Shown piece after piece: positions 1 to 12,045 of a stretch of 64,000 nucleotides of DNA. How positions within the stretch are numbered: position 1 is the first letter of the stretch; every line of letters starts with the position of its first letter. The translations under genes and the position numbers were made by a program. Below the pieces are notes generated by a model. That model was not told the origin of the DNA. It worked only from the letters and a program-made list of their open reading frames with translations, and made no database searches. Source of the DNA: Octopus vulgaris (lineage: Eukaryota); contig OX597823.1 in NCBI GenBank assembly GCA_951406725.2, positions 35,340,001 to 35,404,000 on the forward strand. The letters are read 5' to 3'.

Positions 1-267
1 GAAATAGCCCGGCTGTGGTAAATGAAGAAGGTGAAGATAGTGCCAATTATTGTTGCGTCCTTGGGAACAGTATGAGTAGGTATCAAGAGGAATATAAAGG
101 AAATTGGAATAGAGTACCCAGTAGAACTGTTACAAAAGATTTGCCTCCTGTGCACGACCAGAATAATCAGGAAAGTATTAGATAGCTGAAAATAACGAAT
201 AGCATAGTACCGTAGGCTGCAGGTAGTAAGACTACAGGAGCTCCAACAAAACCCGTGGTAAAGAGAA
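1..267 (+). mobile_element. R4/Dong-like RLE LINE, 3' end (ORF C-terminus and 3' UTR) running into (AAT)n
   Basis: Frame 1 reads EIARLW*MKKVKIVPIIVASLGTV*...VELLQKICLLCTTRIIRKVLDS*, the typical R4/Dong C-terminus; followed directly by TAA repeats. Confidence 0.85.
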
Positions 268-283
268 AATAATAATAATAATG

Positions 284-347
<64 letters not shown>

Positions 348-471
348 AACTTGGATTAAAAAGTGTGGCATACTTCTAATACAAAATGGTAAAATAATAA
401 TAATAATGATGATGATGATAATAATAATAATAATAATGATAATAATATTAATAATGATAATAATAATAATA

Positions 472-543
<72 letters not shown>

Positions 544-550
544 GATAATG

Positions 551-620
<70 letters not shown>
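268..620. repeat. (AAT)n microsatellite interrupted by a ~50 bp LINE fragment at 346-396
   Basis: Direct reading. Confidence 0.95.
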
Positions 621-622
<2 letters not shown>

Positions 623-1110
623 GAATTTGGATTAAAAAGTGTGGCATACTTCTAATACAAAATGGTAAAATAGTGTCGTCGGGTGGTGTAGAGCTACCCA
701 ATGGCGAGAAAATCAAGGATATCGAAACTAATGGATATAGATATCTGGGGATTTTGAAATACGACATAATCAAGGAAAGTGAAATGAAAGAAAGCTTTAG
801 GCGAAAATATCTCAGAAGAACCAAATTAGTTATAGTAAGTAGGCCAAAGGAAAAGAAGATCAAGGTAATGAACACATGGGCTATTTCCTTAATGCAAAAT
901 GGCGCAAGTGTTGTTAGACAGACAAAGAACGAACTTGAGGGGATGGACAGGAAAATCAGAAAAGTTATGACAATTAACAAGCAACTACTCCCCCAAAACA
1001 ATACTTTACAAATTGCATGTGCCTAGGAACAGGGGTGGTGGAAGAGGCCTCATTGGATGCAAGATTTGTGTTGTCAACAAAAAGAACAGTCTGGGACGAT
1101 ATATCAAAGA
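621..1110 (+). mobile_element. 5'-truncated R4/Dong-like LINE, late RT domain and thumb, frameshifted
   Basis: EFGLKKCGIL...NGYRYLGI...KYLRRTKL...MNTWAISL...MDRKIRKVMT...PRNRGGGRGL motifs; begins immediately after (AAT)n. Confidence 0.85.
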
Positions 1111-1722
1111 AAGGATACAGCACAAAGGCCAGTGGGGATTTACATGTAATGCATGTAAAGAGTAACAAACAAGTCCCCCAAAGGTGGTGGTGGTGGGGGC
1201 TCCACCTAACGCCAATCAAAGAACCCCACACATCCTGGACACACCAAACGCCAAGGGTACATCAGGCGGGTATCCCACTTCTCTCCATTCAGTCTGAATT
1301 GTAGCTTTGTTGTCACATTGGCGTCTCTGCTACACGGATCTGTCGAACGGTTTTCATCATCTCGTTTTTTTAGCGCACGCTCTCTAACTCTGATAAAGTG
1401 ACTTTCGTGCTTGGCATTGCGAAATTGATCAAGAGTCAAATTTGCTATGCTTCAACTAAGTACTTCTTCTAGTTTCCAAACTATGAGTTCCTATATTCAA
1501 GATTCTTTTAATGTTAATTCCCTGCTAAGCCTTAACGCATCTACTTTCATAGCTCCTTCCAAGCCAATCCACCATCGATTGTTGACGATTACACCCGACA
1601 ACGTCTGATGGGCTAATTTGCTAAGCCGTCTCTGAACGCTTCCAGTTGTCTATGGATCCTAACTAGGTCGACTTTGAATTGATAGACACCAGATTATCCT
1701 CGCAATTCCGGCTGATTGTTCT

Positions 1723-1759
<37 letters not shown>

Positions 1760-1760
<1 letters not shown>

Positions 1761-2507
1761 CGACGTACGTACACTTTGGTCTCTTATATGAAAGTATACA
1801 TTTTTGTAAATCTTGTACGACTCTATTTCTGTCTATCAGCCCTTTCACGCTTATTCGTTCATTCCACTCTTCGTTCTTTCGTTCTCCCTCTCTCACATTT
1901 CTTTGCCTTCTCTGCTTACTCCTTTTCTCTCTACTTTTCACTTCACTGTGTCCGTCATTTTTTCTTGCCCCCGCCACCTTAATTCTTCTGTCCCTCTGCT
2001 TCTACTTTTCTCTCTTCTCTTCCCACGTGACAGCCGTTTGGCCAAGCCTGTTCTTCCTTTCTTGGTCTGATCGTTGTCCGTGAAACATCGATATTCTTCC
2101 CAGTATCACTTTTGTATCACTGTTGTAACGCTTCATTTCCACACGCGCCAGCTTAATTCAGTTCGTCTTTTGTCGCAAGACACCTGTTGTTATGTCCTGT
2201 TATTATTTTTGTTGTATTTATATTCGTGTAACATTGTCCGTTTTTTCGTCCTTGTTTTTGTATGCATTCGCTGCTTTCTTCCAAGGAATCTAATGCTCTT
2301 AGCTTAGTTTTTCCTTGGGGCTGGCCAGATTGGAGCAATCTCAAGAATAATCAGCCGAAATTGTGAGGATAATCTGGTGCTTGACTGAGGAAAGAAAACT
2401 TCGAATGACCCGTCCTTGTTTTCTTTGTATTGTCTATCTGGATGTTTTGTTGTCCCTTTTTGTATCACCTAGCTGTCCGGATGTTTTGCGTTCTTGTCCC
2501 ATTTTGC

Positions 2508-2510
<3 letters not shown>
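1760..2510 (+). mobile_element. (TA)n-flanked dispersed repeat, probably a PLE terminal repeat
   Basis: Both ends recur at 40507-40563 and 40600-40627; composition and layout resemble 41055-41660 (-) and 50800-51150 (-); 3' end related to 51478-51540. Confidence 0.55.
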
Positions 2511-2538
<28 letters not shown>

Positions 2539-2759
2539 CTGTATGTATGTATGAATGTATATATACACAGTGAAGTTTAATTGGCAACAAAATGCTACTG
2601 TTGTTTAAGTTAATATATAAGTTAATTAGAGGATATGTTAACCCCTTAAAGGGATGACTACATCCAAAAATACTCTGATTATCAATTTATTAAAAAATAA
2701 TTATTAACCATTATCACTCCATTTTATTTTCTTAATTGTATATGGATTATGTAAATATG

Positions 2760-2835
<76 letters not shown>

Positions 2836-2838
<3 letters not shown>

Positions 2839-3052
2839 CTATGTATGTGTGTCTGTGTTTATCTCCCTATCATCGCTTGACAACCAGTGTTGGTATGTTT
2901 ACGCCCCTGTAACTTAGATGTTCGGCAAAAGAGGCCTATAGAATAGATATTAGACTTAAAGAAGAAATAAGTCCTGGGGGCGATGTGTTCGACTAAAACC
3001 CTTCAAGGCAGTGTCCCAGCATGACTGAAACAAGTAAAAGATAAAAGAAAGA
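2836..3052 (+). mobile_element. SINE family A, 3' half
   Basis: cgcttgacaacc...gttcggcaaaagag...aataagtcctgggg...gactgaaacaagtaaaagataaaag shared with about 11 other copies in the window. Confidence 0.8.
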
Positions 3053-3689
3053 TATATTCAGTTTTTCAGGAAGTTTATTTGCTTGTAACCCTTTAGATCA
3101 TTTATTCAAGATCGCTTTGAGTTCAGAGACAAATTATTGATTTGTTATAAAAAGCGATGCTACTTTTCATAAAGAATAATTCTCTGTAACATTTTGAGAT
3201 TCTCTTGTCTTAAACACGTGGACTAAGTTTATATGTTGAAAACAATATTCAATTTTTTTTTCTTCATTTCTGTATTTATGTTGTCAAGCACATGAATAAA
3301 ATTTTAGAAAGACCTCGGTAATTTTAGTTTTGGCTTCAGTTTTTTCTACATGTAATATCAAAAGATATTCCTCTCAACATAATTTAATAATTTATGCTTT
3401 TTGTTTTGTTTTGTTGGTAGTCTTTACCCTCAAATCACGTTTGATCGAAAAGATTTATGATCAAAGATGTTCTAGATGTGCTAGTTTCCTATTTCCGGAA
3501 ATATCTGCAACTCCATTATCTAAAAATATATTCTTTTGTACATTAAGGTGGGATATGATATCAGGAGATTTTACTTCTGTTGAGCGATGAGGGAGAAGGT
3601 TCTGAAGTACTTGCTGACCTTTGAGGTTTACTTAGGACTAACATACATTTTTTCTCTAACTTTCTGTACTATAAGTAATTTAATTTATG

Positions 3690-4107
3690 TCTACATTTAA
3701 TTTTTCGATCGTCGAGGAAATTAAGCAAATTATTATTATTAGTTAATACTATCTCCTTAAATCGTTAGCACATAATAAACAAAAATTGCTACCTATTCGA
3801 TATGATTTTGCCTTACAAACTATCTCTCAATTTAAATTGTACTTAATATTTTTAGATTTTAGTTTCCATATATATTTACTAAGGCCAGTAGAATTAATTA
3901 AATTTCTATTCTTAAATGAATTCATGTGTTGAGCCACCCGTAATTTAATTTTATTAGAAGTCGACCCTATGTAAATTGCATTTAAATTATAACCATTTCT
4001 ATTATTATCATCAATTAAATTCACTACACATTTATATACTACATCATCGAAATTACATTTATTATTAAAATTACAATTAGTTTTATCTCTACACGTACAA
4101 TTAATTA

Positions 4108-4138
<31 letters not shown>

Positions 4139-4480
4139 ATTGGAATAAGTATTTGATTTGATCTTGTAAAACTTTTCAGCTTAAATTTATTAAAAGAAGA
4201 AATAATGTTAATTACATTATTAGTCGGAGAATAACCAACTCCAAAATTATTACTAGAAAAAAATGTTATATTTTTTATTATTTCTAATGAATACTTCAAT
4301 TATAGTTAAAATCTCTTTAATAATGTTTGTTTTAACTTGAGCTCCATAAGGAATAACAAACCAAATTTTGTTCTTATTAATATTTTTTATATTATTAAAT
4401 TTATTATCATTAAATGAATTAAATTTAAACTTATGTTTTAGTCTATTATTATATTTATATCTTGTATTATCATAATACAT
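3690..4480 (-). mobile_element. PLE remnant: thumb/linker and C-terminal GIY-YIG endonuclease (Hydra-clade-like)
   Basis: KIWFVIPY...NCTCRDKTNCNFNNKC...VVYKC...IYIGSTSNKIKLRVAQHMNSF...NSTGLSKYIWKLK...CLLC. Confidence 0.85.
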
Positions 4481-4726
4481 ATTATTGATACCATAATTAC
4501 CTAAATAAAACGTATCATAATTCTTAATGCTAGGTTTATTAATTTCCTTATTTCTCTTGCTTCTCTTCCTCTACATTACATCTGATATTAAATCTATAAA
4601 CGGTTTTATATAAAATAACTTGCTAGCGTTCTCCTAAGTTGCCAGCGTTCTCCTTACAACATATACATATTTATGCGGTAATCATATTTGGTTCAAATGG
4701 CTTATTGGTGTGTTTTATCACTTTCT

Positions 4727-4830
4727 TTTCCCCGATGAGATGATTTCATTGATTATGATTGCATAGTTTTACATCATTTTTATTCCCTCTGGAATAATCT
4801 CAATGCTTGTTTCGAAACATATGTTGGAAA
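4727..4830 (+). ncRNA. Degenerate minimal type I hammerhead ribozyme (U4>C)
   Basis: TTTCC-CCGATGA...GAAA-CATATG-TT-GGAAA: stem I TTTCC/GGAAA, palindromic stem III ACATATGT, GUU site. Confidence 0.6.
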
Positions 4831-4934
4831 TATAAACGAATAACACCTGCGTTTGACCCCATTTCTTAATTTATACATGTTATACAAAGGAATTTCTACC
4901 TTTATGAATAGTCTGTAATATCTTTGGCGTTTCT

Positions 4935-5348
4935 TATTCTTTTATTCTTTTACTTGTCTCAGTCATTTGACTGTGGCCATGCTGGAGCACCACCTTTAGT
5001 CGAGCAAATCGACCCCAGGACTTACCCTTTTTAAGCCTAGTACTTATCTATCGGTTCCTTTTGCCGAACCGCTAAGTTACGGTGACGTAAACATACCAGC
5101 ATTAGCTGTCAAACGACGTTGGGGGGACAAACACAGACACATAAACATATACGCACACATACACATACATATAAATATATATACGACGGGTTTCCTTCAG
5201 TTTCCGTCAACCAAATCCACTCACAAGGCTTTGGTCGGTTCGAGGCTAGAGTAGAAGACAGTTGCCCAAGGTGCCACGCAGTGGGTCTGAACCCAGAACC
5301 ATGCGGTTGTAAAACAAGCTACTTACCACACAGCGACGTCTGCGCCTA
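4935..5348 (-). mobile_element. SINE family A (tRNA-derived head, CORE-like segment, internal microsatellite), full length
   Basis: Minus strand ggcgcag...tgtgtggtaag (A box)...gggttcagaccc (B box)...ccttgggcaa...; tail gactgagacaagtaaaagaataa. Confidence 0.85.
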
Positions 5349-5416
5349 TGTGAATTTTTGCTACCCTGGTAACTATTTATATATTTTTCCTTGTTATTTG
5401 TACCCGTTGAAAAATA

Positions 5417-5479
<63 letters not shown>

Positions 5480-5484
<5 letters not shown>

Positions 5485-5632
5485 TGTGTGTCTGTGTTTG
5501 TCCCCCTAACGTCGCTTGACTACTGATGCTGGTGTATTTATTTATGTCCTCCTTTGACTAAAACCCTTTAAACTTGTGGTCTACCATGGCCGCAATCAAA
5601 TGTATGAAACAAGTAAAAGAATAAAAGAATAA
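5480..5632 (+). mobile_element. SINE family A, internally deleted 3' part
   Basis: tgtgtttgtccccc...cgcttgac...catggccgcaatcaaatg...aaacaagtaaaagaataaaag. Confidence 0.7.
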
Positions 5633-6082
5633 AAATTTTACACTTCCTTAGTAAATCCACTGCTAATGGCATGATTCCTAATTATGCCTAACTATAGGAT
5701 GCAGTTTTAATTATGCCTAATTATAGGTGGCAGCTTAAAGATAAAATCGATGAAATTAACTCCCAGCGTGTACTTGACTGGTATATATTATATCATACAA
5801 CATACTCCAGCCACTACACTAGAGTCGTGCTGTCTTTTTTCTCTGTCTCTCCAAGAACAAACAGCGAAAACTGTCCTCATGTTCCTTTACTCAAACAACC
5901 TTACTTATTCGTCGCTTTTTGCTTTTCTTTTTTCTTTTTGTCCACAATCCCAAGCCTCACGTTAACAACTACACTCTTACTAAAATTAAGGCAACTGCTG
6001 GCCAATAACTATTCGAGAGTAATGTTAACTATGTCTCTGAATTCTTGCAAATGTCGTGACAGACTCTTCTCCACAGGATTCT

Positions 6083-6274
6083 ATTATTCTTTTATTTGTT
6101 TTAGTCATTTGGCTGCGGCCAGGCTGGAGCACCGCCTTTAGTCGAACAAATCCACCCCAGGACTTATTTTCTGTGAGCCTAGTACTTATTCTGTCGGTAT
6201 CTTTTGCCGAACCGCTAAGTTACGGGGACGTTAACACACCAACATCGGTTGTCAAGTGATGGTGGTTGGACAAA

Positions 6275-6352
<78 letters not shown>

Positions 6353-6416
6353 ACGGGCTTCTTTCAATTTCCGTCTACCAAATCCACTCATAAGGCTTTG
6401 GTTGGCCCGAGGCTAA
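6083..6416 (-). mobile_element. SINE family A lacking its head, abutting a LINE fragment
   Basis: Matches 4935-5250; homology stops at ggcccgaggcta where LINE sequence begins. Confidence 0.85.
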
Positions 6417-7740
6417 AGTAGGATGGATCTTAAAATTTTATACGTGGTAGATATACATTTTATGGGCTGATAGTTTGGGAGAAATTTGGTTTCATTATTC
6501 TTCGGTCGTGGGTAAAGAATGTATCTTGCTAACCAATCAGGTGTTTTCGTAGTATCTCTCATAATTTCATTGAATAACTGGACTAATGTTTTTGTGCGCA
6601 CGGGAGCAATGCGAGCCAAAAATTTGGCACCCTATCATTATCAGAGGATTTCAACTTATGAGCCTTCGTTCATCCTTAGGTCTGCTACTGTCATGCCTTC
6701 TCACGCTTGTTCTGGTAAGTTTTGGTAGGATATTTCTGTGCGTCTAATCCAGTCTGCATTTTCATTGTAAGTATTTTCATTACTCCAGATATCTTTCCAA
6801 ACTTTTTCAACTTCTTCTATGGAAGGGGAGTCTTCAACGGTTATTTTCTCCTTCCCTATTTCTCTGTAGAATGTTTTCGCATTGGATGTCAACAGTTGAT
6901 TTTGCTTGTAAAACTTGTTTCTCTTCTCACATCTTCATATTCTTTGAGCTTTTCCTTGGACATTTTGTTGTAGTGTTTGTTTCTTTTGCTGAAAGCAGTT
7001 CTCTTGATGAGAATCTATGTTTTCTCTTCATTTTTCTTCCATTTCAGGTTTTTACATAGTTTCCACAAATATGTTCATTCAATATCGATATTTTACCTCT
7101 CGTTATTTCAATCTCCTTTTCAATTTTCCATTTCCAGATTGGAATTCTCTGGTTTGTATGCCTTTGTTTTTTCAGAGGCATACAACTAGTTTCAATTGTC
7201 TTAGCAGCTGCGTAAGTAATTTCGTTTAATTCAGTGAAACCTGGCTTTAGCCCTTGTATAATTTCATTTGTTACATAGTTTCCAATTTTAATTTGTTTTG
7301 TATTTTGGATTGTATTTGAGAGGTTATGAAGTGGTTCTCTATCATGCATATTGGCGTGTCTTACAACTCCAAGCTTATTCAGGATTTTCTGCTTCATTTC
7401 TATCATAATCTCTCTATGGTCTTCAGTAAGTAAATAGTCTTCAAATATTGTTTCTTTATAACTTTCCTCGCTATCTGGTTCATTACAATTTATTTTTGCA
7501 GTCGTTTGCGTGTTCTGGTCAGATGACAGTCTTTTAACTGAGACTTGCGGAAAGTTGTTCTCTTCGTCTGGTTCTTTATTTCCTTTCTGTCTTATATTTA
7601 GGTCATTTTCCGTTGCGTGCTTGATCGCGGTTATTTCACTATCTGTGAGTCTTTCATTTCTAAAGATATCCCTAACATAATGTAGTCTGCTGTCTTGATT
7701 TCGTGTTGTTGTTGTTGTTGTTGTCGTCCTGGCCTTCAAA
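6417..7740 (-). mobile_element. R4/Dong-like LINE, N-terminal region to RT domain 1, with stops and frameshifts
   Basis: PIWKWKIEKEIEITRGKIS...NAKTFYREIG...PSIEEVEKVWKDIWS...NENADWI...PDWLARYILYPRPKNNETKFLPNYQPIKCISTTYKILRSIL. Confidence 0.85.
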
Positions 7741-8184
7741 ATTTTATTTCCAAAAGATGTTAGTTGCTTGCTTATTTAGTTACTAAACGTTTTTCTATAG
7801 CACCACCTTTGCATAGGTGTGTCAGTTTGTGTTGTTAGTGCCCTCCTTGGGGGTCTGTAATCTTAAAATAATTATTTCAAAATTAATTTAAAAAGAAAAC
7901 AAATATGGCGAAACCAGCCGTGCAGAATAACATAAAAGAGGCGGTGAGAAGTGTTTGGGATAGAGAGTTGTAAGACGCTGCAGTGCCCTCCGCCTACTAC
8001 CCGCAAATAGGAAGGGATGCGAGCACGCAGCAGGTTCAAATTCTCGCACGCAGGGACTTCAAAAAATAACAATACGAACATCTTTAGCGACATCACAAAC
8101 TACGAAGCCGAATTCCCTCCAATTCAATGGAATACTCCGACTCAATAGACAGCTCATAGCCTCTGCACCAACTGTTTAGCCCTC

Positions 8185-8915
8185 AAAACATGTCTGTACA
8201 TGAAAAGTCCCATGAATTGTCATTGTTAGTGTGATCGAGTTAGTTAATCTCTGCTCGTGTCCATTTCAGATTGGGCGCATTACGGCGGACTACAGCCACA
8301 GCCCGTATGTTGATAGCAGTCACAAGGTTCCTTGCGCTTAGTTTTGACTTCAAGAGAAGTTTGAAGCGCTTCAAATATGCAGTGGTGACCTTGTCATTTA
8401 TCTGTGCAAGATATTGTCCAACTCCAGGATCCCAAGGTATTTGCACCCATCATCATTCGGGTCTTCCACGCGCTCTCCATTTGGCTATTCTATGCCCCTA
8501 AAATCTGCTCTTTTCCCCTGTTTCAAAGTGAGCACTGCACAATTTGAAATACTGAATTCCATCCCTATACCCTTGCTACACGTCTGTATTGTCTCAACCG
8601 GCCTTTCCATCATTTAAGGCTCTGATTTTGTGAACAGTTTTAAATCATCCATAAAGAGAAAGTGGTTGCGACGTGGTCCATTATTTCTCAGTTGAAAGTG
8701 CGCGTTGACTTTGCATAGAAGTACAGAAAGTGGGATAAAGGTTATAACAAATTATAATGGTGAACAAAAATCTCCCTGGAAGACACATCTTTTGGTTGTT
8801 ATCTCGTCTACATGTTTGTTGTTACAGAAAATACGTGTCTTCCAACTAGGCATCCTGTTCTTAATTAGTGCGCACGCGTCCTCAGCTTTTCCACACATGT
8901 CGAGTGTTTCCAGAA
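8185..8915 (-). mobile_element. R4/Dong-like LINE RT core remnant
   Basis: Minus strand FQGDFCSPL...NHFLFMDDLKLF...GMEFSISNCAVL...KYLGILE...KLLLKSKLSARNLVTAIN. Confidence 0.85.
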
Positions 8916-8929
8916 ATTATAATTATTAT

Positions 8930-9486
8930 TGAATGAGAGAGCGGTACATGTTATCAAAGGGACACTGGTGTAAAATATACGAAGTCCAGTATACCCATCA
9001 TGGCTACCCGTCTGATAAGGGAACACCAAGCACATGCATCACAACCATATGTGCGTGACATGGTGATCTCACATCAAGATAAACCACGCATGACCTTGCA
9101 AGTGGGCCCAGTTAGTATTTTCTTCAGGTCGAGTAGCCCATCCCACTCAAAAAGGTCTCTGGATAAGGGTTGTTTAAGGATGATGAACAAAACACATGTT
9201 TCCAAAGGTTAATTCTACGAACCCCAAAGAATTCCTTTCAATGCATGGCTATGATGCTCTCCCACTATTTCTGCTCGTGATCAGACATGCACATATCATC
9301 AGCCACAAAGCGACCTGCTCAACTGGTTAAGGTCAAACAACTGACAAGCAAATCTGTGGTATTGAGCAGAATATTTGCTGTAGCCCATCTTTTATACCAA
9401 GACAAAACAATGTACATGATAACACTTCCAATCAATTAAGATCAGAAGCCACGGCAGCCACTGCTTGGCACTGCCTTAGCGCATTT
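8930..9486 (-). mobile_element. Non-coding ~555 bp insert bounded by TAA repeats (candidate non-autonomous retroelement)
   Basis: Sharp edges against attattatt on both sides; no convincing ORF; strand inferred from TAA polarity. Confidence 0.5.
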
Positions 9487-10285
9487 ATTATTATTGTTGT
9501 TGTTGTTGTTGTTTTTGTTGTTATTATTATTAAGAAAAACGTGGGAGAAACTGAGTAAGACAAAATTGAGATTATACCAGTATTTCCGATGATTCAATAT
9601 AGAAAGCTAAGAATAATGTTAACATATATTAAGTAATGAAATGATATTCTTAGTCGTAGCTATCGAAAGCAAGAGGATTGTCTGGAAATAATTAATTTCA
9701 CCAAACGAGATTGTAAGCTCACATTAAAGACTGATGAAAAGAAACTAACAAAAATAGGAAGTGGAAAGTGTCTGGGAAAGAAAGAAACTTATATTTACAA
9801 ACAGATCTTTGGCATATAGATAGAAATAGAAAAAAATATCAGGGGCGTTTAAAAGAAATTCAAAACATATTCTATGGAGAATTTATTAAGCACAAACATA
9901 AAAACAAAGAACAATAAGCCTTATCGAAAGATAATAGAACTTCATAAAAGAAAACAAAAATACTTGTGGTTTTAGAAGACGATAGTTGAATAAACCTTGT
10001 TAGAATAAAAGAAAACTAGAATTGAGTAAAATGAAATGAGTCGAAGGCGTTTAAAATAAGGTGAAAGAAGGAATTAACTAATGAATGGATAAAGTAACAA
10101 CGAGGTAAAAGATATCATCAATTCGATGAGATTGGGCGGAGGATTGGTCTGAGAACAGATATGGTTAGCTGAAAGAAACCAAAAATATCCACTTTCCATA
10201 AAAAATTGTTATCAAATATGTGTATTCGTTATGCATTATGAACTAACTTACGTTTTTAATTCAATTAATATTATTACTATTATCA

Positions 10286-10812
10286 ATGCGGCGGGCTTCC
10301 AGAAACGTTAGCACTCCGGGCGAAATGCGTAGCCGTATTTCGTCTGCCGTTACGTTCTGAGTTCAAATTCCGCCGAGGTCGACTTTGCCTTTCATCCTTT
10401 CGGGGTCGATTAAATAAGTACCAGTTACGCACTGGGGTCGATGTAATCCACTTAATCCGTTTGTCTGTCCTTGTTTGTCCCCTCTGTGTTTAGCCCCTTG
10501 TGGGTAGTAAAGAAATAGGTATTTTGTCTGTCCTTACGCGTCGATAAATTAAGTACAGTTGCGTACTGGGGTCGATCTAATCGACTGTCCCCGTCCCCCA
10601 AAATTTCGGGCCTTGTACCTTGAGTAGAAAAGAATGCTTAGCGGTATTTCGCTCATCGTTCTGAGTTCAAATTCCACCGAGGTCGACTTGGCCTTTGATC
10701 CTTTCGGGGTCAATAAATTAAGTATCAGGTAAGTACTGGGATCGATCTAATAGATTGGTATCCTCTGCCCCAAAATTTCAGTCATTGTCCCTATAGTGGA
10801 AAGGATTATTAT
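10286..10812 (+). mobile_element. SINE family B (Nin/Deu-domain-like), composite with repeated core
   Basis: B box gagttcaaattcc followed by gtcgactttgcctttcatcctttcggggtcgattaaataagtacc; core recurs at ~10540 and ~10660. Confidence 0.8.
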
Positions 10813-11124
10813 TACTATTATTGTTATTGCTTACCGCCAAGACTAGACGTGTTGCGAGCGCTCTGTCTATAATTGATGTTTTCATTGATATAAAACTATT
10901 TATGTTTCATTTTTTTGTTGTATAGTGTGTCGTATTTTGAGCGGACCATAAGAGTTTGGGCAAAAGTTATTGCCATTTGCCCTAAGGATGAAGTGAGGGT
11001 GGGAATCCAGAAAGAAAGTTTTTCTTTTCGAAATGACATTTAAAAAATTCAGTATGCTGTTTTCTTCGCCAAAGAGAAAAGAAAGGATGGTGGGAGATAG
11101 TTTCGAAGGCAGGTCGATAAATAA

Positions 11125-12045
11125 ATTTTTACTTTTAACTAAACACTTTCAAACTTCGGAATGTGTCATATAGAACATCTTTTACACTTAGTGTTGTTGA
11201 GAAAAATTTCTATTTACGAAGTTATTTCATGTTAAATTTGTCGTATTTGGGTAATTTCAACCAAGCTGAATAAAATTACTGCTGTTGTTTGTCAACAACA
11301 ACAACTATTGGCGGTGTATATTTCATTTGTCACTGCTAATTATGACAGCGTTCGTGCGTTTGTACTGGTATCAACTTTAGGGTTTTAGAGTTAGGGTTTT
11401 AGGGTTAGGGTTAGGGTTATGGTTATGGTTTTAAGGTTAGGGTTTTAGGGTTATGATTTTAGGGTTAGGGTTACGGAAAAAGTGAAAAATGAAGAAATTG
11501 GAGGGGGTAGGGGTAAAGGGATATAAAAAAATAAAAAATTCCGATTTTTGGCAATTTTCCGGAATCTCCGCATCCGAAAAACTGGTTTTTTAGAAAAAAA
11601 AAAAAAAAATGTAGAAAGGCAACAATTTGCGAGAAAATGGGGGTGGGTGGAGGTGGGGCGGTAGGAAATCTTTCCGAAAATAGTAGCTGAAAAACAGGAA
11701 AAAACCTAACAACAGTAGAAATGCACGAACGATTATGGTGGCGTTGAGAAATAAACGTGCTTCATCTCGTTTATTCATACGAACGTAACTGAGATGAAAT
11801 ATGTCATAAATAACAGTGACAAACGAAATATATACCGCTGGAAGTTGTTGACAAACAACAGCAGTGACTTTATTCAGCTGAATAGACGTCATTAATTGGT
11901 TGAAAATACCCAAGTACGACAACTTTAAACCGAAATAACTTCTAAAATAGAAACTTTTCTCAACAACGCTAAGAGTAAAAGATGTTCTATATGACACATT
12001 CTACCAGTATCCGAAGTTTGAAAGTCTTTAGTTTAAAAGAAATTA
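11125..12045. mobile_element. Foldback/MITE-like element with long inverted arms and internal telomeric repeats
   Basis: 11125-11368 is the reverse complement (with deletions) of 11713-12045; TTAGGG variants at 11377-11476. Confidence 0.75.
11377..11476 (+). repeat. Interstitial telomere-like array (TTAGGG / TTTTAGGG / TTATGG)
   Basis: Direct reading. Confidence 0.9.

Noticed and set aside
406-620. Poly-I/poly-N ORF and the many YI/CV/HT/YLSI-repeat ORFs across the window
   Set aside because: They are translations of microsatellites and show no coding signal
1150-1660. Possible L1/Tx1-like 3' end on the minus strand
   Set aside because: No diagnostic motif that I can support
7960-8060. GC-rich structured segment upstream of the Dong-like ORF as an HDV-like ribozyme
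   Set aside because: A P1-like pairing (cctgct/agtagg) exists, but P2, P3/L3 and J4/2 could not be placed convincingly
9530-10150. Purine-rich stretch resembling a decayed R4 N-terminus
   Set aside because: Too degenerate to support
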